The notes under the pieces were generated by a model that saw nothing but the letters and a program-made list of their open reading frames with translations, did no database searches and had not been told where the DNA came from. Positions 35,777 through 44,987 of a stretch of DNA of 44,987 nucleotides are shown here, in pieces (within the stretch, counting starts at the first letter, position 1; every line of letters begins with the position of its first letter). Source of the stretch: a virus (taxonomy: Duplodnaviria > Caudoviricetes); IMG/VR virus record IMGVR_UViG_3300049924_000088, positions 1 to 44,987 of that record. One strand, 5' to 3'. The position numbers and the translations under genes were made by a program.

Positions 35777-36513
35777 CGTGGTATTGGATACTCTCGCACA
35801 ATTTGTCCATCTAGCTCAATTCCCAATTCAGTCCGCCAACCTGCCGACTGCTTATGAAAAAACGCCGTTCCGTTTTCGCTGCACTTGCGATGCATGACCC
35901 GAGCCCAATTTTTATCTTCTGGACGGTGGCCTGGACCAGACTCGCCGCCATAGATAATCCAATCAATGCCGGTGATATCCAAATCGTCTAGTGGTCCTAA
36001 AGCAGGCTCGTAACTGATGAATCGCACCGCCGCCGGAATTGTGCGCAAGTGGTCGACGCGCCCTGCCACCCGCATATCTTCGACTGAAGTTCCCAGCCAA
36101 ACGTGATCCCATCCACCATCCCAATCAGTCGGCAAGTTCCCTGCAATACGTTCCGGACGCTTTGTCAATAGCTGCCAGTCCAACGCCGTACACTTGCGAA
36201 TTAAGTCCCACAGTCGAGGGCGAGTCTTGTTAGCAACTGGATGATCCTCAAATACATCGCATAGGGACGCACAAAAAACCCGCCGCCTAACACCATCACT
36301 AGCCGCTTGTCGATTCCAACCGACAACGTTTTGCCATGGTGCTTTGGTGACTTGCCTCGTCGTAGTTGATGCTGGCCCCCACAAGTCCAAGCCCATTCGA
36401 TTCTTAGTCAGCGTTGCAGCGTAGCAGTTCTTGCATCCATCAGATACTTTGACGCAACCCATCCATGGATTGAATGTGTGGTCGGTCCAAGCTATGATCG
36501 TAGATTCAGACAT
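35752..36513 (-). CDS. DUF5131 / phage Gp37-Gp68 family (radical-SAM-like three-Cys protein)
   Basis: I.WTDHTFNPWMGC.KVS.GC.NCYA, LLTKRP, S.EP.LG, GGESG, KQ. Confidence 0.92.
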   Translation of the reverse strand: MSESTIIAWTDHTFNPWMGCVKVSDGCKNCYAATLTKNRMGLDLWGPASTTTRQVTKAPWQNVVGWNRQAASDGVRRRVFCASLCDVFEDHPVANKTRPRLWDLIRKCTALDWQLLTKRPERIAGNLPTDWDGGWDHVWLGTSVEDMRVAGRVDHLRTIPAAVRFISYEPALGPLDDLDITGIDWIIYGGESGPGHRPEDKNWARVMHRKCSENGTAFFHKQSAGWRTELGIELDGQIVREYPIPRWASATHA

Positions 36514-37141
36514 TGCATTGCTCCTTTTCAGCATTGCTTGTTTGCGTGCCGGTAGTTGACGCTATCGGCACACTTTTTATCGGTTCCAATCGCACGCCGA
36601 TATACCGTGCAAATCCGGTTGAGACAGCCTCAACCACTTCCTTTATTGTAGCAGTTTCCGCAGCTTTTGAAAACGCGAGTAAAACATCGTATTTCCTTGC
36701 AATTATGCCTTTAATCGACTGCGGAGTTGACGGCGGGAATCTAAACCCCAATGCACTCGCGCCGTGTGCTTCTGGACTCATGGCAGTTTGGTTCTGGTTG
36801 CCGATCGTCAAAAATACCGTCATCGGCTGAGAAATGTTTTTAGCAATCTGAATCCAGTGCTTCCATGGAGAGCCATACGTGTCTACGTCAATGATGTTCT
36901 GACACCATCCAGGCTGTTCCAATATCCTCACTGAATCTATTTGCAACCGCCCTTTTTTTGGCTTCAAATCAACGCCCCAATAGCTGGAAATATCAAACTC
37001 TTGGCGTAACGTGCTCCACATAACTCCGCCGCCTTGACAGCAATCCAGCACACTCCCATCGCCATCGGCATGATACTTTCTCAGAAAATATCGCCGCAAA
37101 TCAAGCTTAACTTTCGGATTGTGATTATCAGTCTTTGGCAT
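36506..37141 (-). CDS. class I SAM-dependent methyltransferase-like protein
   Basis: VLDCCQGGG (motif I), GVD, IDVDTYGSPW (motif IV-like). Confidence 0.65.
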   Translation of the reverse strand: MPKTDNHNPKVKLDLRRYFLRKYHADGDGSVLDCCQGGGVMWSTLRQEFDISSYWGVDLKPKKGRLQIDSVRILEQPGWCQNIIDVDTYGSPWKHWIQIAKNISQPMTVFLTIGNQNQTAMSPEAHGASALGFRFPPSTPQSIKGIIARKYDVLLAFSKAAETATIKEVVEAVSTGFARYIGVRLEPIKSVPIASTTGTQTSNAEKEQCNV

Positions 37142-37697
37142 CAGTAACCGTTGTTTCGCATATCTCCACAATGGACGCTAAGCGTTCCACGTCACTAGCA
37201 ATATCACCAAAGCGAATTGTTGGAATCCCGAGCAATACCCACGCCATAGCAGGCGGCGCTTTTGTACTCAGTGGCTTTAACTCCGTGTCCTTTTGCTCAC
37301 TATCGCCTAGTAGTGCATCAATCTCTTGTTCGCTAAATCCAGTAGATACTAAAAGACCAGCATCGTCGTCTAGTAGCCCTTGCAGGTTCGCTGCTAGCGT
37401 GTCATCATCCCACGCAGCTAGCTCAGCCGTCCGATTGTCCGCAATCGCATAAGCAATTGCCTCTGAGCCATCCAGCGGCGTCCTAACGCAATCCAAATGC
37501 GTCCAGCCCAATGACTTGGCTGCGACCAGAGTTCCGTTGCCAGCTCGTACAATGTTAGCCCGATCGATCACGACTGGTTTCTGCTGGCCGAACCGAATAA
37601 GCGATCCAGCTATTGCGTCGATGTTCCGTTCATCATGTTTCCGCGCATTTGCCGGATCACTGTGCAGCTTGTCAATCTCTATACGTTCGATTTGCAC
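37128..37697 (-). CDS. ParB/Srx N-terminal domain protein
   Basis: DP.NAR.H..SL.RFGQQKP, AGNG, IADNRTAELA.WD. Confidence 0.88.
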   Translation of the reverse strand: MQIERIEIDKLHSDPANARKHDERNIDAIAGSLIRFGQQKPVVIDRANIVRAGNGTLVAAKSLGWTHLDCVRTPLDGSEAIAYAIADNRTAELAAWDDDTLAANLQGLLDDDAGLLVSTGFSEQEIDALLGDSEQKDTELKPLSTKAPPAMAWVLLGIPTIRFGDIASDVERLASIVEICETTVTDAKD

Positions 37698-37813
37698 CTT
37701 GCCCCCAAACCCCCGCGAAAACTTAACCATGGACAGACGGATTTTTGATCAGTATTTCGGGATGATTTCGATCGCATATCATGTCACCCTCTCTAGGAGT
37801 ACCTTGGCTTTTT

Positions 37814-38761
37814 TCACGTGTACTTCTCTTGCAATACTGTCTCGCCCCCGAAGCTTACCGTATGCTCCGCCCCTGCTGCTGACTTGACTTCCACCGTCCA
37901 ATCGTAGACCCCTGGCGCTACTGCTGTATCGGTCTTGGTCAAGTTGAATGATAGTCGCCACGTTGACCCTAGATCAGTAATAGACCCACTCACTAGCCAT
38001 CCGTTGCCATTCTCGTCTTGAGCGCCAAACGAGCATGTAGACGTTGCAGCCACGAATCCCACAGGCTCGGCAATGGTCCACAGGAAAGCACGCTCATGGA
38101 TGGCCAAATAGTCATCGCCGATGAAGATGCGCGGTATGGTGCCACGCTCGCTAACGGGTGACTGGACAGTAGCCGACCCGGTGCCCAGTGTATTGAGCCC
38201 AGCCAGCGACGGCCCAACAACCAGCGTCAGATACTCGCTACGTTGCCCCGACTCATTGAATCGATAGAATGCCACACCCTCAGCACTTGGCCTATCCGCT
38301 GCATTGTAGGCTAATCGATATTGATAGTATCCAGCCGCCGTAATTCCGGTCTGACTGATCGGACCAGCAACCGCAGCAAATGCCCCGCCATCGATCGCTA
38401 CTTCACCCGTGATAGTCGATCCGTCGCGAGGCCAGAGGAAATCGATTGCATTGGTGTCGTCCGCGCTGACCTCTTTGGCTTGATAAATGATTGGAGCAGG
38501 AGAATCACCTATCCAAATAGGTCCATCACAATACACCTTACCACGCGCAGTCACAGCAGTAGCGGTCGTGCCAACGTAATAGAGATGCTCTCCGTTTGCA
38601 CTTTCGGCAACGGTCGCGCTAAACAATCCAGAATCACCGCCATCTTCCGTTAGGGTATCGCCACCGCTATTGACTAGCGGACCTTTGTACGGGTAGATAA
38701 ACACCTTGAGCCCGCTGGTGCCGCTCAGTTCATTTAGTCGGACGTAGAATGTAGATGCCAT
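37814..38761 (-). CDS. putative virion structural protein (BppU-like C-terminus)
   Basis: Beta-rich; GDD..L...DT...PGVY.W.VEV. Confidence 0.5.
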   Translation of the reverse strand: MASTFYVRLNELSGTSGLKVFIYPYKGPLVNSGGDTLTEDGGDSGLFSATVAESANGEHLYYVGTTATAVTARGKVYCDGPIWIGDSPAPIIYQAKEVSADDTNAIDFLWPRDGSTITGEVAIDGGAFAAVAGPISQTGITAAGYYQYRLAYNAADRPSAEGVAFYRFNESGQRSEYLTLVVGPSLAGLNTLGTGSATVQSPVSERGTIPRIFIGDDYLAIHERAFLWTIAEPVGFVAATSTCSFGAQDENGNGWLVSGSITDLGSTWRLSFNLTKTDTAVAPGVYDWTVEVKSAAGAEHTVSFGGETVLQEKYT

Positions 38762-38896
38762 CTTTTTCTCAGTGAGTTGATCAGCGTTTGAATCCGCTTC
38801 TGTTCAGCCAGATTGTATTGACGATAGCAACCTGTGCCGCGTTTCTTTCGCAGTCGTACTTTCCGCAGTAGTCTGCCGCCAGGTGGTTTCATAATT

Positions 38897-41059
38897 CTAG
38901 CTAAGTGTGATTGTTCCGCTGCGTACCACACCGTCAGAGCCTTTTAGCTTGACTGTGATCGTCGTATTGCTTGTTTTTTCAAACGTCAAATGACCATTAG
39001 TCGCTGGTGTGACCGATGCAAGCGGCGCCCACGTCAATGCGTATTCCATCGTTTTGTGCGCGGTTGATGAATCGAGCGTTGAGATTACGCCAGCGTTGGT
39101 TATCTCAAGGAAATCCGAGTCGCCCGAACCCTTGCTGAGTGATAGCAGCCTAATGTAGCCCGCGCCGCTTGACCTATTGCCAAGCACTATTTGCGCGAAC
39201 GAATCGACAGTTATGTTTTCATTGAAAACCAGTAGCGTGCCTTGGTTAGTCTGGAGACCAGTCGTCTGAGTAGTGGCATCGTCAGCCCGACAATCTAGGT
39301 TAGGATTGCTGAAATCCCCTGCCGTAGACTTGCCAAAGTAGCCCTTAGCAGATTTTACTTGCGTAGTAAAATTAGCCGCCGTTCCAACTAGTGCCCCTGT
39401 GAGCGTACCACCGCTAATTGGCAGAGATGGAAACGTGTCAACATAGATTCTATTAGGACCGACGAACCATTCACCGCTGATAATGCAGTGGGCGCCGCTG
39501 GGTATTGACGTTGGCAAATCTACACCGCCGACCGCTACAAAATACGAGCCATAGGCAAGTGTGATTGCCCCGCCTGTGCCATTGTTGATTGAATAGGTTA
39601 CCCGCTGCCCATTGGTCAAATTGCTTGGGTTTGCGAGCGTTAAATCACCGCTGGCCTGAATGTTCAACACGTTCTGATCGCGGGCATCAAATGCAATGCT
39701 ACCGCTAGTTCCTGGATTCGTTGCTACCGGCCGACAGATGCCCAGGCTACTATCGTTCGGATGCGCTGCGCCATTGCCTCTATAGTGTGTATCGGTGCCT
39801 GTATTGGTAAGCGTACCGTCTAGGTCCTCGACAGTATTGCTGGCCGCGCCGCTGCCTGACACGTTGACTAGGCCACGGCAACCTATGACTCTATTTTTGT
39901 CACCTGTAATTTTGATGTATCCGCCACCGGCAGCCACATTATCGACTGTTGAGTGCAGAAAATCATTGCTTGCCCCACTGATCAAAACATCCTGAGCCGT
40001 AAGCGTGGATGAAATCAAATTCGCTTCGCAGGCAAGTCCAATAAAAGTGTTGTGCTCACCCGCACAAACGAGCGCTTGACCTAGATTGGATTCACTCGTG
40101 CCACCGGCAAAGACGTTGTTGTAGCAACCTGCTTCGACGTAGATGCCCACATCGCGAGTGAACTCCGCCACAAAATTCTCAAAGACGTTACCAACGCAGA
40201 ACGTGCCTGACCTATTCGACAAAAGCAGTGCGTACTTCTCGCGGACGAAAATCCCAACTGGATGAGTGTAGTAAAAACTACGCAAGTTCGTAAAGACGTT
40301 GCAAATGAGCGCTTGGCCATAGAATGCTGCACGCCCAACATTCTTGGCCGAACAATGCACTACTGTTGCCGAACGCAGCCCATCGAACCACCAACCATCC
40401 GTTGTCTTGCCGATCCGGAATTGTTGCCCTGTGCGACTTGTTGTCCATGCAACGTCAACCGTTAGGCTTGTATTTGATGCGATGGCGGTGACGGTGCGCG
40501 TTTCGACGTCGATAAAGTCGTCGGTCCAAAATGTGATCGTGTCACCAACGTCCACGCTCGTTAGCCAATTCGTTCCGCTGCCTGTCAACGACGTTTGGCC
40601 CGATACTGGTGACGCCGTGCCTGTACCAGTGGAGTAGTTGCCTTCCACGTCGATGTTTTCGATGTAGATGTTTGAAATGAACGTGTTTTCCGAATCAAAT
40701 TTCATCCCTGGACCGGAGCCGGTGTGCTGAATGACAACACCACCTTCACCGATTAGCGCAATGCCCTCTTCCAGGAAATTAGTCGAGCCGTCATGTGCGT
40801 AGAACCCGGCACGAAATCGATACTCAGTACGCGCCGCCCACGTGATCGCCGTATCCCAGCCGGTCCATGGACTGCCCGACGTGCCATCGCCGCCAGTTGC
40901 CGCTGCTGCAACGTCGACCGTCGTAGATGCACTCGATGATGACTGCGTAGAAATCACACCAGCAGACGAAACAATGAGATACGATGTGCTGGCAGGGTAA
41001 GCACTTGGCCCCGTCAGTATCACACCGTTTGCCCGTACACCTGGTATTAGTTCGGCCAT
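38897..41059 (-). CDS. tail fibre/tailspike with right-handed beta-helix
   Basis: GDGTSGSPW, Asn-ladder repeats (NVF, NTF, NDF, NRV), KLKGSDG.VRS C-terminus. Confidence 0.7.
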   Translation of the reverse strand: MAELIPGVRANGVILTGPSAYPASTSYLIVSSAGVISTQSSSSASTTVDVAAAATGGDGTSGSPWTGWDTAITWAARTEYRFRAGFYAHDGSTNFLEEGIALIGEGGVVIQHTGSGPGMKFDSENTFISNIYIENIDVEGNYSTGTGTASPVSGQTSLTGSGTNWLTSVDVGDTITFWTDDFIDVETRTVTAIASNTSLTVDVAWTTSRTGQQFRIGKTTDGWWFDGLRSATVVHCSAKNVGRAAFYGQALICNVFTNLRSFYYTHPVGIFVREKYALLLSNRSGTFCVGNVFENFVAEFTRDVGIYVEAGCYNNVFAGGTSESNLGQALVCAGEHNTFIGLACEANLISSTLTAQDVLISGASNDFLHSTVDNVAAGGGYIKITGDKNRVIGCRGLVNVSGSGAASNTVEDLDGTLTNTGTDTHYRGNGAAHPNDSSLGICRPVATNPGTSGSIAFDARDQNVLNIQASGDLTLANPSNLTNGQRVTYSINNGTGGAITLAYGSYFVAVGGVDLPTSIPSGAHCIISGEWFVGPNRIYVDTFPSLPISGGTLTGALVGTAANFTTQVKSAKGYFGKSTAGDFSNPNLDCRADDATTQTTGLQTNQGTLLVFNENITVDSFAQIVLGNRSSGAGYIRLLSLSKGSGDSDFLEITNAGVISTLDSSTAHKTMEYALTWAPLASVTPATNGHLTFEKTSNTTITVKLKGSDGVVRSGTITLS

Positions 41060-41062
41060 TGA

Positions 41063-41497
41063 CTAGCTCGCTGTGAAGAATCCGCTGGCATTGATGGTCA
41101 GTGTGACGTTGTTGCCGTCCGTCGTGAATACCGCATCGAGTTGCACAAGAGGTACGCAATTGGCGTCACCTGTGCCCGGGTCCTCATAGATAATCACATC
41201 GGTCGTGGTGTTGTTGCTCGCGCCACCAGCCGCGGTGAATGTTACGTCCGCACAATCAACAGCCATCAAGTCGGTGGTATCGTCAACCGTTGCCGTGAGA
41301 CTTGCTAGAGTTTTTCGTGCGTAGTTGGTGAAATCTGCCTCAGTGTTGCCGCCTGCTAAGATCGCCGAAACTGTGTCAAAATCCTTGTTGGTTGCGTCGC
41401 TGGCTGCTGTTTTGAGCACCAATAATTTGATAGTCGCGCCGTCCGCAACCTTCTCCGCCACTTTCCCCTTGGCGATGTTGAATACAAAATTTGCCAT
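41063..41497 (-). CDS. putative virion structural protein
   Basis: MANFVFN.AK, YARKTL, D..D.TF, G.F C-terminus. Confidence 0.6.
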   Translation of the reverse strand: MANFVFNIAKGKVAEKVADGATIKLLVLKTAASDATNKDFDTVSAILAGGNTEADFTNYARKTLASLTATVDDTTDLMAVDCADVTFTAAGGASNNTTTDVIIYEDPGTGDANCVPLVQLDAVFTTDGNNVTLTINASGFFTAS

Positions 41498-41499
41498 AG

Positions 41500-42720
41500 T
41501 TAAACCGATCGCAAAGTGGAGTAGTAAGGAAACAATAGCCCTGCCGATTGTGTGCCGGAACTCGATATCGTTAGCCCGCGTGCTGTATCTGTCTCTGTCG
41601 CAACGCCTAGTGAGTAGCTGCGGGGATTGAGTATTGATACTGCCAGCGCCGCATTCACCTCAGTAGCAACCCCTACAGCATAGCTTCGCGGATTGCTAAT
41701 CGTCAAACCAGGGGCAGCGTCCGCTTCAGTGGCTACACCTAAGGCAATCGTCTGTCCGCTGCCTTGACTGATTGTCAGTCCGTTGGCTGTATCTGTCTCA
41801 GTTGCAAGCCCCAGCGAATAACTACGCGGATTATCAATCGATAGCCCGTTGGCTGCATCGGTCTCCGTTGCAACACCTACCGCGTAGCTGCGTGGGTTGG
41901 CGATCGTAAGTGCCGTTGCCGCGTCTGTCTCAGTGGCTACTCCGAGCGCGTAACTGCGTGGATTGCTGATCGATAGCCCAATCGCCGCATCTGTCTCGGT
42001 CGCCACGCCCAACGCAATTGTCTGGCCACCCGCCACAGCACCGCGCACTATCGGCATGCGTACCGTATCGTGCTCAATGCCACGCGACCGACCTAGCGTG
42101 AGAATCTCCGAGTAGGTTAGCACTCGATCGTAGACGTTGATTGCATCGAGTTGACCAGCGAAATAGTTGCTCGAATAACCCCAGCCAATTCGCGTATTGG
42201 TAATGCCGAATCCACTGTCAGCCGCACCGGCCGTAGCCGCTACACCATTGACATAGAGGGCATCTACTGAGCCATCGTAGGTAGCGACCGCGTGAAACCA
42301 CTCACCGCTGACCACACTGATACGACGATTGGCCGGTACCGCATTACCACGCAATAGAAAGCAATGACCAGCCGTCGAATGAAAGCCTATCCCATTGCCA
42401 GACACTGAACCAAACTTGCCTACCCACAGGCCAGAGTATGCACCACCGGCAACCACTGGCCAACGTCCCCACAAACTGACGGTCCAGCGTGCCATGTCGC
42501 CGTAATCATTGGGCATCAATACGTAATCATTTGAGCCGTCTAGATCAAGTGCAAGCTTGCCACCGCTCGCTACCCAATCAGTTCCTGCGTCCATGTTGGT
42601 CAGCACGCCATGATTGCCGAGTCCGCTACGATCAACCAGCAAGTTGCCTGTGTATCCGCGCGATGGACACCAAGATCCTACTAGCCCTCTCCGCAATGTC
42701 GAATACAGATAACGCGTCAT
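41500..42720 (-). CDS. LamG/ConA-like domain protein with repeated stalk
   Basis: GLVG.W, D.SG.GNHG, DG.NDYV, W.H.VATYDG, LYVNG, F.G.LD. Confidence 0.8.
   Translation of the reverse strand: MTRYLYSTLRRGLVGSWCPSRGYTGNLLVDRSGLGNHGVLTNMDAGTDWVASGGKLALDLDGSNDYVLMPNDYGDMARWTVSLWGRWPVVAGGAYSGLWVGKFGSVSGNGIGFHSTAGHCFLLRGNAVPANRRISVVSGEWFHAVATYDGSVDALYVNGVAATAGAADSGFGITNTRIGWGYSSNYFAGQLDAINVYDRVLTYSEILTLGRSRGIEHDTVRMPIVRGAVAGGQTIALGVATETDAAIGLSISNPRSYALGVATETDAATALTIANPRSYAVGVATETDAANGLSIDNPRSYSLGLATETDTANGLTISQGSGQTIALGVATEADAAPGLTISNPRSYAVGVATEVNAALAVSILNPRSYSLGVATETDTARGLTISSSGTQSAGLLFPYYSTLRSV
41562..42015 (-). repeat. seven ~22-aa (66-nt) tandem repeats
   Basis: (A/S)LGVATETDAAxGLxIxNPRSY units. 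Confidence 0.9.
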
Positions 42721-43235
42721 GCAATAATCTCGTACAAGCCCTTGGTCGTGACTTGATTGCCAGATGCGGCAAGTTGTGCATTCGTGCTAGTTGCGGCCGA
42801 ACCAGTAATGAATATCGCACACTTCGCAGGCACAAAACCAAACGCTGCTCTTAGTGAAACCGGGCGCATGTTGTGCACTTCGCTTGTACCCGTATCGGTT
42901 ACCGTCGACCAAAGCAAAACGAACGCTTCTGCCTTTTGCTCATCGTCGTGTATGGTTGCGGTGCCTTGCGTGCCTTCGGTGCCCGACGAAAACACATCGG
43001 GCCACGTCGAGTCGTCCAGCATAGCGTAACCCCACACCTGGATCACGCCCGCCTGCATGTTGCTCGATGCTTTGGTAAACTGAGCGCTAACAACAATGTC
43101 GGTATATTTTGTTGACGTATTGTCAATCGTGCCGCTTGTCCACCCAGAGAGTAGGCTGGTTGACGCTGCGAGCGAATGCAGATTAGTTACAGTGAGATTA
43201 CTACTGGCCGCGTACTCTTGAGTGACTGTTGCCAT
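42717..43235 (-). CDS. putative virion structural protein
   Basis: Thr/Ser-rich; SLA.S....W.S..IDN, AAFG..P. Confidence 0.6.
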   Translation of the reverse strand: MATVTQEYAASSNLTVTNLHSLAASTSLLSGWTSGTIDNTSTKYTDIVVSAQFTKASSNMQAGVIQVWGYAMLDDSTWPDVFSSGTEGTQGTATIHDDEQKAEAFVLLWSTVTDTGTSEVHNMRPVSLRAAFGFVPAKCAIFITGSAATSTNAQLAASGNQVTTKGLYEIIA

Positions 43236-43238
43236 CTG

Positions 43239-43727
43239 TTACCATCCCATCGCTTGCATTACGTCTTGATACGTGATCGTGAACCCATCGTCGTAGGCCG
43301 AAGTAGCTGGGCTTACGTCGGTGCCTGTGCCGGTAGCAATCAGCTTTTCTATTCTCGTTGCTGATCGCTTGCAATGCGTATAGACCGTAGCCCTTACTGC
43401 CAAGTCTGCCGCTGTGCCGACCCACGTAGCATCTATCCCTGCGCGTATGTTAGGCCTCGATGCGTTGAGCGTTCCAAGCCGCCCGAGCCAATCCCAAATG
43501 CGAGCCTTGCCGACTGAAAGGTTATCGACGCGCGCCCAGTCCATACCGTTACGCATGATTTCATCAATCGACACCGACGTTTTCCACACAATGAAAGCCG
43601 GGCTAACAATTAGATTCATCGCATCGGCTATTGCATATGCGTTGTCCGGACCAGGGGTAAGTTGTGACAGTACTGAATCCGCTTGCACTGATGTCTTGAG
43701 CGATTGTCGTTGTGGTGCTGTTAGCAT
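43239..43727 (-). CDS. conserved phage hypothetical protein
   Basis: LT..Q...LK..I.AD N-terminus, R.ATR.EKL..GTGT..SPA. Confidence 0.65.
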   Translation of the reverse strand: MLTAPQRQSLKTSVQADSVLSQLTPGPDNAYAIADAMNLIVSPAFIVWKTSVSIDEIMRNGMDWARVDNLSVGKARIWDWLGRLGTLNASRPNIRAGIDATWVGTAADLAVRATVYTHCKRSATRIEKLIATGTGTDVSPATSAYDDGFTITYQDVMQAMGW

Positions 43728-43730
43728 TGT

Positions 43731-43991
43731 TTACCTCAATTTGGCTTCGTTGACCGTCTGCTGAATCTCATTGATTGTACTACTCAATTGCGATACCGTT
43801 GACCACAACATAACCGCGTAAATCGTCGCTACCGCTGCCCAGATTGCGAGGGCTGCAATACCGTATCGACTGAGTTTTTGGCCTGCTGTGCCTCCCTCAA
43901 TGCGCTCAGCAATCTCTCTGATCCGCCGAACATCAAGGTACTCAATATTGCGGCTACTGTGATCAGAGTCTTCCAGTTGTCCCGAGTCCAC
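43731..43991 (-). CDS. single-TM coiled-coil protein overlapping the PAS gene
   Basis: AGGTGA RBS + GTG; TM YGIAALAIWAAVATIYAVMLW followed by a coiled coil. Confidence 0.5.
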   Translation of the reverse strand: MDSGQLEDSDHSSRNIEYLDVRRIREIAERIEGGTAGQKLSRYGIAALAIWAAVATIYAVMLWSTVSQLSSTINEIQQTVNEAKLR

Positions 43992-44434
43992 GTGATCACC
44001 TTTCGCCAATCGACCGCCATTACTTGCGACGTTGCCGTTAGCTTGTCCTGGTACGGCCGAAACTGAACTCTGTACCCCAAGAATTCTTTGGTCGTCAAAT
44101 CCCATTTGCCCGCAACAGAGAGCATTCCCCATACTATCCTCGGATTTTGCGGAGTCGATCCGCGCTGTATGTATCGCTTCGCCAACGTGTAGCTTGGCAC
44201 CTCGCCATTGGCTACTTGCTCAGCCAACTTCTCGTCTATCTTAACATCTTCCGGATGCGTCCACTCTGCAAATTTGGTCCCGATAATCAGGTCAGCCGGA
44301 GCGTTGAGTATCGCACAGTAGGCCGGATTGACCCAGCAAAAGTTGCCGTGTGGGTCAACCTCCGCAAAGCCCCACGCCGCATCGCAAACGAACGCTATGG
44401 CATCCTCGCAACTGATTGTAGCAACTCGAGACAT
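43829..44434 (-). CDS. PAS (S-box) domain protein with C-terminal TM helix
   Basis: VD..G.F..VNPAYC.IL, THPED, Y...KRY, VW..LSV; TM WKTLITVAAILSTLMFG. Confidence 0.85.
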   Translation of the reverse strand: MSRVATISCEDAIAFVCDAAWGFAEVDPHGNFCWVNPAYCAILNAPADLIIGTKFAEWTHPEDVKIDEKLAEQVANGEVPSYTLAKRYIQRGSTPQNPRIVWGMLSVAGKWDLTTKEFLGYRVQFRPYQDKLTATSQVMAVDWRKVITWTRDNWKTLITVAAILSTLMFGGSERLLSALREAQQAKNSVDTVLQPSQSGQR

Positions 44435-44449
44435 TCATTGCACATTTCT

Positions 44450-44692
44450 CTATGGTGGGCCGCCAAGTCGATCACACTCTTCCTGCCAAGCTTGCGCCAT
44501 CGCACATGCGAAAATCCGCAAGTCCTCTAGTTCGCCGTCAGTTGCCGGTAGTGGTGTCTCCATCATGCTCGTTACTGAATCACCTATCAGTCGCCTGCAA
44601 TTTCGCACGCATTTCTGGGCCAATTTGCGACGCTCTGGAGATAACTGCGTCGTACTGCTTTTGCTGGACGGTTTGCACTTTGCTTTGGGCAT
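44450..44692 (-). CDS. hypothetical protein
   Basis: GAGGTAGGA RBS. Confidence 0.45.
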   Translation of the reverse strand: MPKAKCKPSSKSSTTQLSPERRKLAQKCVRNCRRLIGDSVTSMMETPLPATDGELEDLRIFACAMAQAWQEECDRLGGPP

Positions 44693-44771
44693 GTATTCCT
44701 ACCTCTAGTCCAATTGCGAAAACGAACAAATGAGACAGCACCAATTCAACAACAACGACGGGCACACGCAC
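44580..44771 (-). CDS. small membrane protein
   Basis: TAAGGA RBS + GTG; N-terminal TM. Confidence 0.45.
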   Translation of the reverse strand: MRVPVVVVELVLSHLFVFAIGLEVGIHAQSKVQTVQQKQYDAVISRASQIGPEMRAKLQATDR

Positions 44772-44782
44772 CCGAATTTTCC

Positions 44783-44920
44783 TTACCGCGTCAGCCAGTG
44801 ATAGGCTACCGCTCCTATGACGATTATCTCCACAATCCATCGAGCCCACCGCCATGCTGGATGCCTCTGCTGCCGGGCAACGTTGCCGTCGATCTCTAGT
44901 TGGGTAAACTCATCCACCAC
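44783..44920 (-). CDS. 45-aa membrane peptide
   Basis: Hand translation ..RHPAWRWARWIVEIIVIGAVAYHWLTR. Confidence 0.4.
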   Translation of the reverse strand: MVDEFTQLEIDGNVARQQRHPAWRWARWIVEIIVIGAVAYHWLTR

Positions 44921-44987
44921 AGCAGTATAGTTTCATAGGAATTTTTTACGTTGGCAATTGGCCCAACAGCTTGGCCCGGTGTGCCGC

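Noticed and set aside
44983-44987. GCCGC at the window end matches the first 5 nt, suggesting circular closure
   Set aside because: Five bases is too short to prove a terminal repeat; completeness is inferred only from gene content
1-44987. Stop-codon reassignment
   Set aside because: Conserved genes are full length in code 11, and TAA, TAG and TGA all serve as stops

Overview
This 45 kb window looks like a near-complete, circularly permuted genome of a lambda-like siphophage. Every credible gene is on the minus strand. Reading along the minus strand, the order is: small membrane genes and a PAS-domain protein; an accessory virion cluster (LamG repeat protein, beta-helix fibre); a ParB / SAM-methyltransferase / DUF5131 cassette; terminase; Ogr-like Zn finger; gpW, portal and fused protease-capsid; a tail module with a -1 frameshifted chaperone and Cys-rich tip proteins; an XRE repressor; a long early/replication region (PD-(D/E)XK nuclease, SF2 helicase, DUF1064, Dam-like methylase with a tandemly repeated target-recognition region); and a cluster of secreted proteins with a papain-like protease where a lysis cassette would be expected. 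No integrase, polymerase, primase or classical endolysin is recognisable. A Planctomycetota host is inferred from remembered motif resemblances only. The most striking content is RNA-level. There is a complete type II hammerhead ribozyme at 19546-19603 inside the first early operon, flanked by two near-identical RBS leaders and a downstream anti-leader complementary to both. There is also a recurring set of intergenic interleaved-stem (pseudoknot/switch) elements, tRNA T-arm mimics, and a ~360 nt structured non-coding block. All protein calls come from motifs read by eye, and all RNA pairings were checked by hand, not computed.
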